DNA from: a virus
Taxonomy: Duplodnaviria > Caudoviricetes
IMG/VR virus record: IMGVR_UViG_3300020045_003669
Coordinates: 1-34,565 of that record
DNA length: 34,565 bases
Reading direction: 5' to 3' (one strand)
Made by a program: the position numbers and the translations under genes. Below the pieces are notes generated by a model. The model had not been told where the DNA came from, ran no database searches, and was given only the letters and a program-made list of their open reading frames with translations. Below are positions 24,887 to 33,294 of the stretch, one piece after another (the first letter of the stretch is position 1; every line of letters begins with the position of its first letter).

Positions 24887-25825
24887 TTACATTGGGAGTT
24901 CGTCTTCGGCGTTAAGGCCGGCCAAAAATTCATCGTTACTTTCTGCTGGAACTTCTTCTGCCGGTTCCGGAGACTCTGTTTTTGTTTCGGCCTGTTGGCG
25001 TTTAACTTCTCGGAATATTGCCAGCGCCTCCATGTATTCAGAGCGATCTGGCTCTTCAAGGTGCTTTGCCAAAGCATTTGTTTCTTTCACGTCTTCGCTT
25101 GATTTCGACCGGTTAAGCTGCGCAATCAATTCATCAAGAGTCGGCAGCGAAGCATCTACAACATTAGCATCCTGCATTGATTCTTTCGCCATGGTGAAAC
25201 GATCCTGCGGCGATACTCGCGGTGAATCCTGCTGCACGCTACCCGGAGTAATGTCACGCTCAATAATTCTTTCCGCCTCATCCGGATCATAAATCCCGCT
25301 AAATCCAAATGCGGCCCGCCCTGCCTGAATGATTGTCTTGTGTCGTTCAAATCGTTTTGTGTGGGTTTGCCATGGGCCAGGATAGTTTCCGCGCTGATTT
25401 TGATAAACTTCATCCAGATACTCACGAATAACCGTCGGCCGGGAGCGATCTTTTCTGAAAATATGAACCTCGCACCACTCCGGCGCTTTTTTTGCACCGG
25501 GCATCGTAACGAAAACATCAGAGTAATGAATTTCCATTCCGTCAAACATCGGGTGCTCATTAATAATGCGTAGCCAGCCATCAACCCCAATCACTGGAAC
25601 GATCGACCCTTTATCTGGGTATGCGTAAATTTCTTTGGTCCATGGGTTAAGGCCATACTGATTTGCGACAATTAAAAGCGCGGTCATTTGCGCGTCGGAT
25701 ACCGGCGGGTCACCCTGCTTTGTTTTGAAGACGGTTTGCTTTAAAACAAGCGTCAATTCGTCTGAAGACTGAATATTTAACTTGTCGGCCATTTGCGTAG
25801 TAAGGGCCATTAACATAGTGCTCAT
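24887..25825 (-). CDS. bet: Bet/RecT-family single-strand annealing protein
   Basis: LLIVANQYGLNPWTKEIYA...VIGVDGW...HPMFDG...GPWQTHTKR...HKTIIQAGRAAFGFSGIYDPDEAERI. Confidence 0.9.
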   Translation of the reverse strand: MSTMLMALTTQMADKLNIQSSDELTLVLKQTVFKTKQGDPPVSDAQMTALLIVANQYGLNPWTKEIYAYPDKGSIVPVIGVDGWLRIINEHPMFDGMEIHYSDVFVTMPGAKKAPEWCEVHIFRKDRSRPTVIREYLDEVYQNQRGNYPGPWQTHTKRFERHKTIIQAGRAAFGFSGIYDPDEAERIIERDITPGSVQQDSPRVSPQDRFTMAKESMQDANVVDASLPTLDELIAQLNRSKSSEDVKETNALAKHLEEPDRSEYMEALAIFREVKRQQAETKTESPEPAEEVPAESNDEFLAGLNAEDELPM

Positions 25826-26667
25826 AACAAATCCTTTTTGTATTTTGGAAATTTAACCGGTATACCGGAACCATACCCAGGCCAGTAATCGTTTTCGTAG
25901 CACTGCGCCAGCCTGTTGACGTTGCGCCGCCATTTGTTGCGACCACTACGCACCATTTCGTCGTCGGCATCGTATATGCCAAGCACAGGGCCGTAATCGC
26001 CTTTTTCAATGGCGATAAAAGCGAATATAAAATCTTTTTCGCCCTCAGCCATTCTATAAACGTCCTGATAAAACGCCGCCTGTACGTCATACCGGTGATT
26101 TCCACACGCCCGGCCAAATCCGTCCTCTGATGCATCACGCACAAATTTAAGGTCAGTCATTATTCCAAATTTGTGATTGTTGTAATCAGGACGGCATTTA
26201 AGTAGCAGGCCTGTTTCTGGATCTTTCGCAAAGTGGCTTTGCTCTGCTGCTCCGTGGCTTAGCATTCCGGATGCCGTACTGTCAGACCAAACACAATCCC
26301 GATACTCTAGGCAGTCCTGATATTGCATTTGAGTCAGAGGCGTCTTGCCTTTGTTCTCTTCATCAAAATCATCCCACCAGGCAATGCATGACAGCGCAGC
26401 ATCACTTTTCTTTACCGCTTTCAGTTGCGCTTTGGTCGGTCTGTTTGGCGCATTCTCCGGAATAGTCACGAAGCTGCTTTCAAAATCTTCAGGCTCCAAA
26501 ACGGCAGAGTGACTGGCCCGGCCAATAATAAAGTGCTCTTTTGTTTTTTCCTCTTCCTTTTTGTTTGGATTTAAATACTTAAGCCAGTAGTGCCGGGCCG
26601 AAACATCGACCGCGTCCAGCTTGCTTTTGCTTGTGCCCTCACTGGCGTGGTATTCGTCGCTTGTCAT
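25822..26667 (-). CDS. RecE/ExoVIII-like PD-(D/E)XK exonuclease
   Basis: YHA...SKSKLD...GRASHSAVLEP...KCRPD...DLK...YDVQAAFY...FIAIEK...WPGY. Confidence 0.85.
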   Translation of the reverse strand: MTSDEYHASEGTSKSKLDAVDVSARHYWLKYLNPNKKEEEKTKEHFIIGRASHSAVLEPEDFESSFVTIPENAPNRPTKAQLKAVKKSDAALSCIAWWDDFDEENKGKTPLTQMQYQDCLEYRDCVWSDSTASGMLSHGAAEQSHFAKDPETGLLLKCRPDYNNHKFGIMTDLKFVRDASEDGFGRACGNHRYDVQAAFYQDVYRMAEGEKDFIFAFIAIEKGDYGPVLGIYDADDEMVRSGRNKWRRNVNRLAQCYENDYWPGYGSGIPVKFPKYKKDLL

Positions 26668-26876
26668 TGCAGCGTGGCCCGTTGTGGAAGTGTTTTAAGA
26701 AAGGTTTGAAGCGCATTTTTACTGATTAAAACGTCCAGATGGATGGAAAACTTAGCAAGATTCTTGCCTTCCATTGTTTCCGTGTAGACGGTTTGATCTG
26801 TTGCGCCATGATTGCGAATGGCGTTAAAAACGGCCATACCGGCCGCTTCATTTTCTACCTTGATTTTTACGCGCAT
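26664..26876 (-). CDS. Hypothetical protein
   Basis: Start MRVKIKVE at 26876; coupled to the exonuclease. Confidence 0.6.
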   Translation of the reverse strand: MRVKIKVENEAAGMAVFNAIRNHGATDQTVYTETMEGKNLAKFSIHLDVLISKNALQTFLKTLPQRATLQ

Positions 26877-26877
26877 C

Positions 26878-27018
26878 TCAATCCCCTTGTTTGACCGCGT
26901 GATACTCGACATTGCCGAAAGCATCTTCGCGCTGGGTGATCACAAAGCCCTGATCGCGCAAATTGTTCAGCACGGACAGATCTTCACTTACATCACTGTT
27001 TTTAATTCTGATAATCAT
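26878..27018 (-). CDS. 46-aa hypothetical protein (not in ORF track)
   Basis: MIIRIKNSDVSEDLSVLNNLRDQGFVITQREDAFGNVEYHAVKQGD*; fills the gap with an ATGA overlap. Confidence 0.55.
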   Translation of the reverse strand: MIIRIKNSDVSEDLSVLNNLRDQGFVITQREDAFGNVEYHAVKQGD

Positions 27019-27254
27019 CGTTCGTCCCTCGGGATAAATTTTGCAGCTTCGGCCGAATCGTTCATTTCGTCAGCCACCGCATTAAGTTTTTTAATAAGCG
27101 CTCGGCCAATCACTCCGTCGTCGATAAGCAGCGTGATGTCTACGCCCGCATGTTCTACCGATTGGATGCTGACGTATTCCGGATGCCGCTGGTAGTCGGT
27201 GAAAGTGATGGTTAAAAGTGCACCTTCCATGACCAGTTGTTCTGATTCGTTCAT
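27015..27254 (-). CDS. Hypothetical acidic protein
   Basis: 79 aa, coupled on both sides. Confidence 0.6.
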   Translation of the reverse strand: MNESEQLVMEGALLTITFTDYQRHPEYVSIQSVEHAGVDITLLIDDGVIGRALIKKLNAVADEMNDSAEAAKFIPRDER

Positions 27255-27760
27255 TAATCCACCTTTATTTTGTTTAATTCAGGCATTCCATCTCCGCGCC
27301 CTGTGTTGCATGCCAGGCAAGCAATATCCCAATTTGATTCACAATCCAATCCTCCGCGATTTAATGGAACGACATGCTCAAGCGTTGCCGTCTCATAAGT
27401 AAGAATTTCACTACACCAGCGGCACTTATTCCGCTTTCCAGATACGCGCCATCGTTTGTATCTTCCATACTTTCCGCTGGTTGACCGCTCTGTTTTATGG
27501 CTATCAGGAGCTACTGGCGGCTGCTTTGTCGCCATCTTTACGGCGGACAACTCAGAAACTCCGGCATACCCCTTTACCGTTCCTTTTATGTATGCCGTTT
27601 TGTTTTTTGAGCATGGATAATAATTAACGACCCACGCTCCTACCAGCTGAATGTGACCGGTAGCGCTATTCTTTATTAATACAGAAACGCCGAGCGGCTT
27701 TGCTATTTTTTCCATTCTAGCCGCCGACTCGTAAGTAAGATTTACAATCCGTATCGACAC
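27254..27760 (-). CDS. HNH endonuclease with an extra N-terminal domain
   Basis: CRWC...TLEHVVPLNRGG...NWDIACLACNTGRG. Confidence 0.85.
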   Translation of the reverse strand: MSIRIVNLTYESAARMEKIAKPLGVSVLIKNSATGHIQLVGAWVVNYYPCSKNKTAYIKGTVKGYAGVSELSAVKMATKQPPVAPDSHKTERSTSGKYGRYKRWRVSGKRNKCRWCSEILTYETATLEHVVPLNRGGLDCESNWDIACLACNTGRGDGMPELNKIKVD

Positions 27761-27890
27761 GATATTCCCCGAAATAATTTACCCATCACCACGGCGTTTG
27801 CACTATGCAGCGCCTCCCTGTTGGTGGTGATCTATGTTGCTTTATCAAAGTTAAAGAGCGTTGGCCTTGTGTTGCTGGGCCGATGACTGA

Positions 27891-27974
27891 ACTTTACGCG
27901 TCTTGTTTCGTTAGCGCAAGTGGTATCGTGCAAATATTTATTAAATTGCGTTTCATGCGCGAAACAGATAATAT
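27891..27974. promoter_or_regulatory. Divergent early promoters (PL/PR-like)
   Basis: Minus strand TTGCGC(27919-27914)-N17-TAAAGT; plus strand TTGCGT(27946-27951)-N17-TAATAT. Both spacers contain CGAAACA. Confidence 0.65.
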
Positions 27975-28003
27975 TTGTCTTATTAATATAGCGAGTGCGA
28001 AAA

Positions 28004-28162
28004 ATGTTAGTTTCAGAAGTTGCAGAGAAGTTGAAAGTATCGCCTCAATGGGTACGCCGGTTGATCAAGGATGGTGAGCTGGTGGCTATCCGATTGGGTA
28101 ATCAGTGGCTAGTGTCTGAAACCAGCCTGGCAATCTATCAAAGCAAAAAAGAAAAGGGGTAG
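28004..28162 (+). CDS. 52-aa excisionase-type HTH DNA-binding protein (not in ORF track)
   Basis: MLVSEVAEKLKVSPQWVRRLIKDGELVAIRLGNQWLVSETSL is a typical Xis/HTH_17 pattern. Confidence 0.8.
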   Translation: MLVSEVAEKLKVSPQWVRRLIKDGELVAIRLGNQWLVSETSLAIYQSKKEKG

Positions 28163-28166
28163 CAAG

Positions 28167-28427
28167 ATGGAAATCAACGACGATGAAATTGAGGCCGCAG
28201 GATTGAATTCGGATGAAGTTAAAAAGATTGCAAAAGGTATCTCACGCTATGCGAAACAAGCGGCCAAACTTGGCATAACAGTTTTTGGTGGGGCCGATGG
28301 TGGTTATCTTTATTTCAATGATGGCGGCGCAGGAAGCCTGGTCTTGGCTGCACTTGATGGCGATTTCAACGGTGGCGCTGGATCGGCGGATACCCATAGC
28401 GACGGCCTACTGCGCGGCGAATGTTAA
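28167..28427 (+). CDS. Hypothetical protein
   Basis: 86 aa, RBS present, followed by a terminator. Confidence 0.65.
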   Translation: MEINDDEIEAAGLNSDEVKKIAKGISRYAKQAAKLGITVFGGADGGYLYFNDGGAGSLVLAALDGDFNGGAGSADTHSDGLLRGEC

Positions 28428-28450
28428 CAAACAAATATTCTTCAACCAAC

Positions 28451-28474
28451 AACCGGCCGCACGCCGGTTTTTTC
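28451..28474 (+). terminator. Rho-independent terminator
   Basis: AACCGGC-CGCAC-GCCGGTT-TTTT. Confidence 0.75.
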
Positions 28475-28505
28475 ACGCCTGGTGAAAATAAATTGCGTGG
28501 TGGTG

Positions 28506-28534
28506 TTGACTTGGTGGGATTCAATATATACTAT
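28506..28534 (+). promoter_or_regulatory. sigma70-like promoter for the replication operon
   Basis: TTGACT-N17-TACTAT. Confidence 0.65.
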
Positions 28535-28558
28535 GACCACATCAAAGGAGATTCATTA

Positions 28559-28705
28559 ATGCAGAAGAACATCAGGTTTTCATCGGAACTATTGGCTCTT
28601 GTAGAAAAGGCCCGCAACAGCACTTTGAACGAATCATTTGCGGCAACGGTAAAGCGCCTTGTTTTGGCTGGCATCCGGGCAGAGTCATCGAAGGGGAGTA
28701 AATAA
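28559..28705 (+). CDS. 48-aa RHH-like DNA-binding protein
   Basis: MQKNIRFSSELLALVEKAR...SFAATVKRLVLAGI; AAGGAG RBS; start reassigned from the ORF track. Confidence 0.6.
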   Translation: MQKNIRFSSELLALVEKARNSTLNESFAATVKRLVLAGIRAESSKGSK

Positions 28706-28950
28706 TGGCCGCATTTTTTATGAAAGATAACGAACTTTCAATTACACATCTTATGGTTACTCAGTCAGGCGAGGACGTTTATCTTGAAGAAGATAGCGAT
28801 ATCCCTCAGCCCGGCGTTTGTGAGACAACTCAAGAAGATTATGAGGCCTATTTCTCAAGCCTAATGCGGGTAGTGATGTCGCCAACAACCGCAAGACGCA
28901 TTGCAAGGGATTTAATTTCTGCTGCGGATAAAGCGGAAAGGGTGGGTTAA
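28705..28950 (+). CDS. Hypothetical acidic protein
   Basis: 81 aa, TAATG overlap. Confidence 0.6.
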   Translation: MAAFFMKDNELSITHLMVTQSGEDVYLEEDSDIPQPGVCETTQEDYEAYFSSLMRVVMSPTTARRIARDLISAADKAERVG

Positions 28951-28953
28951 TTG

Positions 28954-29721
28954 ATGAGCAAGCTTTTAATCAACGAGCCACCGCTAATGGTAATGCCGTC
29001 ACTGGCCGCGGCGATAGGCCTAAATCAGGCGCTTATCCTGCAGCAGATACATTACTGGCTTGGCGTTCAGCGTGACGAAATAGACGGTGATAAGTGGGTT
29101 TATAACACAATCATCCAGTGGCGCGAGCAGTTTCCTTTTTTCTCAGAGGACACGATTTACCGGGCCTTAAAGTCGTTGCGTGATGACGGTTTTGTCATCG
29201 CAAAAAACCTTTCTAACAACCAGTTTAACAAGACGCTTTATTACCGGATCGATTACCGCAAATTAGACGACATCGATTACCGCAATTTGCGGGTATCGGA
29301 GACTGCAGAATGCGGTAATCTTTATATTACAGAGACTACTAACAGAGACTACACAGAGACTACAAAGAAAAAATCGCCTTCGGCTCCTAAATTTTCTGCA
29401 AAACAAGCGCTGATCGATCTGGGTGTGCCAGAGCAAGTGGCCGGTGATTACCTAGCAGTCAGAAAGGCTAAACGATCACCGTTAACCGAAACAGCCATCG
29501 CCGGCATAACGAGGGAGGCGGAAAAGGCCGGGTTATCTTTTGCAGACGCAGTTGGTGTTTGTGCGGCAGAAGGATGGGTTGGCTTCAAGATGGCGTGGTA
29601 TCAAAATTTAAACCCGTCTACAGGAAAACAAACCGCCAGCCAGGCAGCAATGGCCAGCTTATTTTCGGCAGAGGATCGCCAACGACTATTAGGAGGCAAC
29701 AATGAACGAACAATCAGTTAA
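28954..29721 (+). CDS. Replication initiator (lambda O-like, N-terminal wHTH)
   Basis: LLINEPPL...LAAAIGLNQALILQQIHYW...WVYNT...WREQFPF; internal iterons; C-terminal YLAVRKAKRSPLTETA...GWVGF. Confidence 0.85.
   Translation: MSKLLINEPPLMVMPSLAAAIGLNQALILQQIHYWLGVQRDEIDGDKWVYNTIIQWREQFPFFSEDTIYRALKSLRDDGFVIAKNLSNNQFNKTLYYRIDYRKLDDIDYRNLRVSETAECGNLYITETTNRDYTETTKKKSPSAPKFSAKQALIDLGVPEQVAGDYLAVRKAKRSPLTETAIAGITREAEKAGLSFADAVGVCAAEGWVGFKMAWYQNLNPSTGKQTASQAAMASLFSAEDRQRLLGGNNERTIS
29248..29363. repeat. Iterons/putative origin of replication inside the initiator gene
   Basis: ATCGATTACCGCAA x2 (29248, 29272), inverted TGCGGTAATC (29311-29320), ACAGAGACTAC x3 (29329, 29342, 29353), then an A-rich tract. 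Confidence 0.7.
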
Positions 29722-30556
29722 ACGGCCGATTCACCCTAAAGTGATCAACAAGATCTTTCTACAGATGACCGGCCGATTTGGCAAAGTCTTCACCGAGCGC
29801 TTCTGCGTCGGAATCATGGAAAAGGACGAAGATATCGGCCTAGCCAGTGCAAAAGAAGTTTGGGGCGTCATGCTAGCCGGGTTTTCCATGGAAGACTTAA
29901 CCCGTGGCGTTTTTTCTGACTACAAGTTTCCTCCGTCGTGCGATGAATTCCGCATGGCTTGCCGGCCAGCACAAGCGCCAGATGGTCGGCCTACCGCGCT
30001 TGAGGCGTGGACCATGCTGCCTAAGCGTGAGAATCACACGCGACTGGTGACGGATGAAATGAACCGCGCCGCAGAGGGTATCGGCGAAATGATTGAATCC
30101 AATTTTTCGACGGATCAAGCCACCGCCAAGGCTATTTTCATTGAGCGCTACGATTCAATGGTCAAGATTGCGCGTGAACAGGGCAAGCCGGCTGTGTGGA
30201 CGATTTCCAGAGGCTCAGACGCGCCAAGAGACGCAATGGCAGACGGATTGCTTAAAGGGCTGCTATCGTTCGATTATTGTGCATTGGCATTTCACCCGCA
30301 AGAGGTAGAAGCGGCAATTGAACTGGTGAAGATGAAGGCGCTACCTGGCAACACTGTCGCCATGGCACTGCTGGCCAATCCGAAAGTGTTAGCGCTGGCC
30401 CCGCCGGAAAAGACGCCGGAAGAGATTGCGGCTACTAAGCGAAAGGCTCGGGATGCAAAAGACGCGATTGCGAAGATGCTAAACCGGCACAACGTCGATG
30501 ATGATAAATGGATTGATGACGGGTCGATTGATCCGCGAAAGGGGAAAGAGAAATGA
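29702..30556 (+). CDS. Replication protein P-like (helicase loader position)
   Basis: Follows the O-like gene; VWGVMLAGF...FPPSCDEFRMAC...DGRPTALEAW. Confidence 0.6.
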   Translation: MNEQSVKRPIHPKVINKIFLQMTGRFGKVFTERFCVGIMEKDEDIGLASAKEVWGVMLAGFSMEDLTRGVFSDYKFPPSCDEFRMACRPAQAPDGRPTALEAWTMLPKRENHTRLVTDEMNRAAEGIGEMIESNFSTDQATAKAIFIERYDSMVKIAREQGKPAVWTISRGSDAPRDAMADGLLKGLLSFDYCALAFHPQEVEAAIELVKMKALPGNTVAMALLANPKVLALAPPEKTPEEIAATKRKARDAKDAIAKMLNRHNVDDDKWIDDGSIDPRKGKEK

Positions 30557-30777
30557 GTAACTTTAAAAGAACAAATAATTCTGACTTTGCTTATGTGAAT
30601 ATGGAAATGGTTAGTTCAATAAAAATTATGAAATTTAATCCATACGAAGGAGTAAAGGGCAATGAATCCGGTGTTTTGCTAACAATGGCCGACATGAAAA
30701 CAACAATTCTTCTTCCTGCCGATACGCGAGAAGAGGCCGAACAAATGGCGATTAGCCTAATGGAGCAAGAAAAATGA
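30553..30777 (+). CDS. Hypothetical protein
   Basis: 74 aa, ATGA overlaps. Confidence 0.6.
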   Translation: MSNFKRTNNSDFAYVNMEMVSSIKIMKFNPYEGVKGNESGVLLTMADMKTTILLPADTREEAEQMAISLMEQEK

Positions 30778-30944
30778 GCGAAATTATCCCAATTTTGGAG
30801 TTGGTGCCGGTGGACGATGCACTTGATTGCAGTGGCTGCTATTACTACAAAAAAGAAAAATGCATGGAGCCGGAGGACGGTGGCGAAAATGCGTGCATTG
30901 GATCAATTAATTTATTTTATATCTGGAAAGAGGTAACAAAATGA
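30774..30944 (+). CDS. 56-aa Cys-rich protein (not in ORF track)
   Basis: MSEIIPILELVPVDDALDCSGCYYYKKEKCMEPEDGGENACIGSINLFYIWKEVTK*; overlaps on both sides. Confidence 0.6.
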   Translation: MSEIIPILELVPVDDALDCSGCYYYKKEKCMEPEDGGENACIGSINLFYIWKEVTK

Positions 30945-31216
30945 CACTATCAGAAATTTTAATCGCAACGGGCGTGACGCCTGATGATTTGCATCCTGAT
31001 TGCCGGTTTATTGCGCAAGACCACGATAGCGAATTTGCATCTCAATTCAAGGCGCTGCCAATGCCTTCGTTTCCGAATGAAATGGCATGGGCGATAAGAG
31101 AGATACTTTGGTCGCACAGCTTTATGGTTGGATCCAATGCTAGCGACTGGAAAATTCCGTTGTCAGTTAAGCAATTCGCCGCAGACTTCGCAGCGCACCA
31201 GGTGGCCAAGCAATGA
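30941..31216 (+). CDS. Hypothetical protein, paralog of 11199-11627
   Basis: Shared GVxPDxLHxxCxFIAxD motif and PxSxxxFxA motif. Confidence 0.7.
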   Translation: MTLSEILIATGVTPDDLHPDCRFIAQDHDSEFASQFKALPMPSFPNEMAWAIREILWSHSFMVGSNASDWKIPLSVKQFAADFAAHQVAKQ

Positions 31217-31461
31217 GCCGCGCCGCAGGTATCACGGCAATGAATGCGATGCTGCAAATGAGCGCACCGGGTAAGCGTACTACTGGCGCCGATGACTCAC
31301 TGCCAGCGTGCCGGATCTGGGCAACAAAGTGGTCAGTTGACGATAATCAGCTAATGATGGGCAAACGGATTCAGGCACTGCTGAAAATGGGCATTGAGAT
31401 TCCGGCGGATATGCGGGCGTTTGCTGAAAAGTTGAATGTTAGTTTTATAGAGGAAGCGTAA
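31213..31461 (+). CDS. Hypothetical protein
   Basis: 82 aa, ATGA overlap. Confidence 0.6.
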   Translation: MSRAAGITAMNAMLQMSAPGKRTTGADDSLPACRIWATKWSVDDNQLMMGKRIQALLKMGIEIPADMRAFAEKLNVSFIEEA

Positions 31462-31462
31462 A

Positions 31463-32308
31463 GTGGAAAAGATGGTCGTTTCATTTTCAGGAGGAAAGAC
31501 TTCTGGATTTATGTGTGATTTTTTAATTAAAAACTACTCTGAAAAGTACGAATTTATTTTTATATTTGCAAACACCGGGCAAGAGCATGAAAAAACGCTG
31601 GAATTCGTGGACCGATGCGATAAGTTTTTTAAATTAAATTTACACTGGGTGGAGGCGGTTACAAGTCCCGTTCACGGGGTAGGGCAGACACACAAGATTG
31701 TTTCATTTGAAACTGCATCAAGAGATGGATATCCATTTGAAAAGTTTATTGAAAAATCAGGAATACCAAATAAATCATATCCCCAGTGTTCTGACCGATT
31801 AAAAACTTTCCCGATAGAGTCTTTAAAAAAAGAGCTGGGACTGGCTGGAGCGCCTCACGCCATAGGGATGCGGGCCGATGAACCAAAAAGAGCAAATTTA
31901 GATGGGTGGAATACTAAAAAATATAACTTAGTTTACCCGTTGGCCCACTGGGTTTTGCATGACAAGATTGACGTTAACAACTTCTGGTTTGACATGCCAT
32001 TTACTCTTGAAATACCAGAGCATCTTGGAAACTGCGTCACCTGCTGGAAAAAGTCAGAAAAAAAACTTATAAACGTAGCAAAAGATAACGAAAGTTTTTT
32101 TGATTTTAATAAGAAAATGGAGGATCTTTATTCTGACGTGAAGCCGAATGACGGCGGAATTCCAAGAAGATTTTTCAGGGGGAATAGAAGAGCAATTCAA
32201 ATAGTAGAGCTATCAAGACTCACAGAAAGACAGGGAAATTTTTTATTTGACGAAGACGCTAATAGTGGCTGTTCTGAGTCGTGCGAAGCTTATGGAGACA
32301 AAAAATGA
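31463..32308 (+). CDS. PAPS-reductase-family (adenine nucleotide alpha hydrolase) protein
   Basis: VVSFSGGKTS PP-loop, FANTGQEH, CSDRLK, GMRADE, YPL, GNCVTCWKKS, GCSESCE. Confidence 0.85.
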   Translation: MEKMVVSFSGGKTSGFMCDFLIKNYSEKYEFIFIFANTGQEHEKTLEFVDRCDKFFKLNLHWVEAVTSPVHGVGQTHKIVSFETASRDGYPFEKFIEKSGIPNKSYPQCSDRLKTFPIESLKKELGLAGAPHAIGMRADEPKRANLDGWNTKKYNLVYPLAHWVLHDKIDVNNFWFDMPFTLEIPEHLGNCVTCWKKSEKKLINVAKDNESFFDFNKKMEDLYSDVKPNDGGIPRRFFRGNRRAIQIVELSRLTERQGNFLFDEDANSGCSESCEAYGDKK

Positions 32309-32493
32309 CAATCATCAATTACGTACAATGGAACCAAGACCGCGCTATCAAAGGCGGCACAATCGCCACGCAGCACCAAGTTAGCCCGACAGCGTTGAGA
32401 TATACCTGCGCCAAGTGCGGGACGTTTTTGGGCCGGCATGACGCTACTCCGTGGTGCCGTTGCGGATCTACGCAGTTTCATTCGGGGCGGTGA
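32305..32493 (+). CDS. Small Zn-ribbon protein
   Basis: YTCAKCG...WCRCGS; start at the ATGA overlap at 32305. Confidence 0.55.
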   Translation: MTIINYVQWNQDRAIKGGTIATQHQVSPTALRYTCAKCGTFLGRHDATPWCRCGSTQFHSGR

Positions 32494-32495
32494 GC

Positions 32496-32999
32496 ATGAA
32501 AGATTTATTCGATTTTAACGACGAAAAAAGAGTGCTTGATCCTTGCTGTGGCAGCAAAATGTTTTGGAAGGATAGGAAAAATAAAGACGCTGTATTTGGG
32601 GATAAAAGAAAGGAGTTCCACACCTTGTGCGACGGAAGGACTTTAAACATAGATCCTGATTTGCTAATGGACTTTACCGAAATGCCATTCCCGAACGAGT
32701 CCTTTAATTTGGTTGTTTTTGATCCTCCGCATCTAACAAGGGCCGGACCAAAAAGCTGGATGGCAGCAAAGTATGGAAAACTATCCGATAACTGGAAAGA
32801 GGATATGCGCAAGGGGTTTGGTGAGTGCTTTAGGGTGCTGGCAGAAAATGGAACTCTTGTTTTTAAATGGAATGAAACTCAAATTAAAACAAAAGAGTTG
32901 CTGTCGTTGTGCGATGTAGATCCTTTGTTTGGGCACTTTACTGGACACAAGGGGTTTACTCATTGGTACGTTTTCATCAAGCCAAAAGGAAAATTTTGA
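32496..32999 (+). CDS. SAM-dependent (probably amino-DNA) methyltransferase
   Basis: VLDPCCGSKMFW (SAM motif), FDPPH, ECFRVL...GTLVFKW. Confidence 0.85.
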   Translation: MKDLFDFNDEKRVLDPCCGSKMFWKDRKNKDAVFGDKRKEFHTLCDGRTLNIDPDLLMDFTEMPFPNESFNLVVFDPPHLTRAGPKSWMAAKYGKLSDNWKEDMRKGFGECFRVLAENGTLVFKWNETQIKTKELLSLCDVDPLFGHFTGHKGFTHWYVFIKPKGKF

Positions 33000-33000
33000 T

Positions 33001-33138
33001 ATGAAAATCCACCTAAAATTTAACCGGTTCCTGCGCAAGTGGACTTGCCGTCGCGGATTAACTTGGGCCACTGGGCCGACGCCATTTGATGCGTACGAAA
33101 ATTGGCGGAAACTTCACGATTGGAGCGGAAAATGTTGA
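33001..33138 (+). CDS. 45-aa basic hypothetical protein
   Basis: MKIHLKFNRFLRKWTCRRGLTWATGPTPFDAYENW...; starts 1 nt after the MTase stop. Confidence 0.5.
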   Translation: MKIHLKFNRFLRKWTCRRGLTWATGPTPFDAYENWRKLHDWSGKC

Positions 33139-33156
33139 GCGGGGATGGTTGGATGG

Positions 33157-33281
33157 TGTTATGATTGATTTGTCGCTTGGCAGCGCATAAAAATCAATAG
33201 GGTTTCACATGATGGGTGCTCGGTTATTGGTCCGGGTCTGCCAACTCCTTCGGGAGACTCATCAGGTGAAACCCTTTTTTT
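33157..33281 (+). ncRNA. Second c4/CI-like antisense-attenuator leader
   Basis: TGTTATGAT promoter; CGC-TTGGCA-GCG loop; complement CTGCCAA (33238-33244) inside the hairpin AGGGTTTCAC...GTGAAACCCT followed by a T tract. Upstream of the operon containing Rha/Ant. Confidence 0.55.
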
Positions 33282-33294
33282 GTGGGTGAAATAA

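Noticed and set aside
27805-28077. 90-aa ORF across the divergent control region
   Set aside because: It overlaps both promoters and the better-supported 52-aa HTH gene, and has no recognisable motif.
28004-28162. Excisionase implying an integration module
   Set aside because: No integrase or att-like context in the window; the position fits a Cro-like regulator.
29329-29363. Short direct repeats as a possible CRISPR or mini-array
   Set aside because: 11-bp units with 0-2 nt spacing inside a CDS and no cas genes; better explained as iterons.
31463-32308. Auxiliary metabolic gene cysH or a full Dnd system
   Set aside because: It lacks the C-terminal ECGLH motif of true CysH, and no other dnd or cys genes are nearby.
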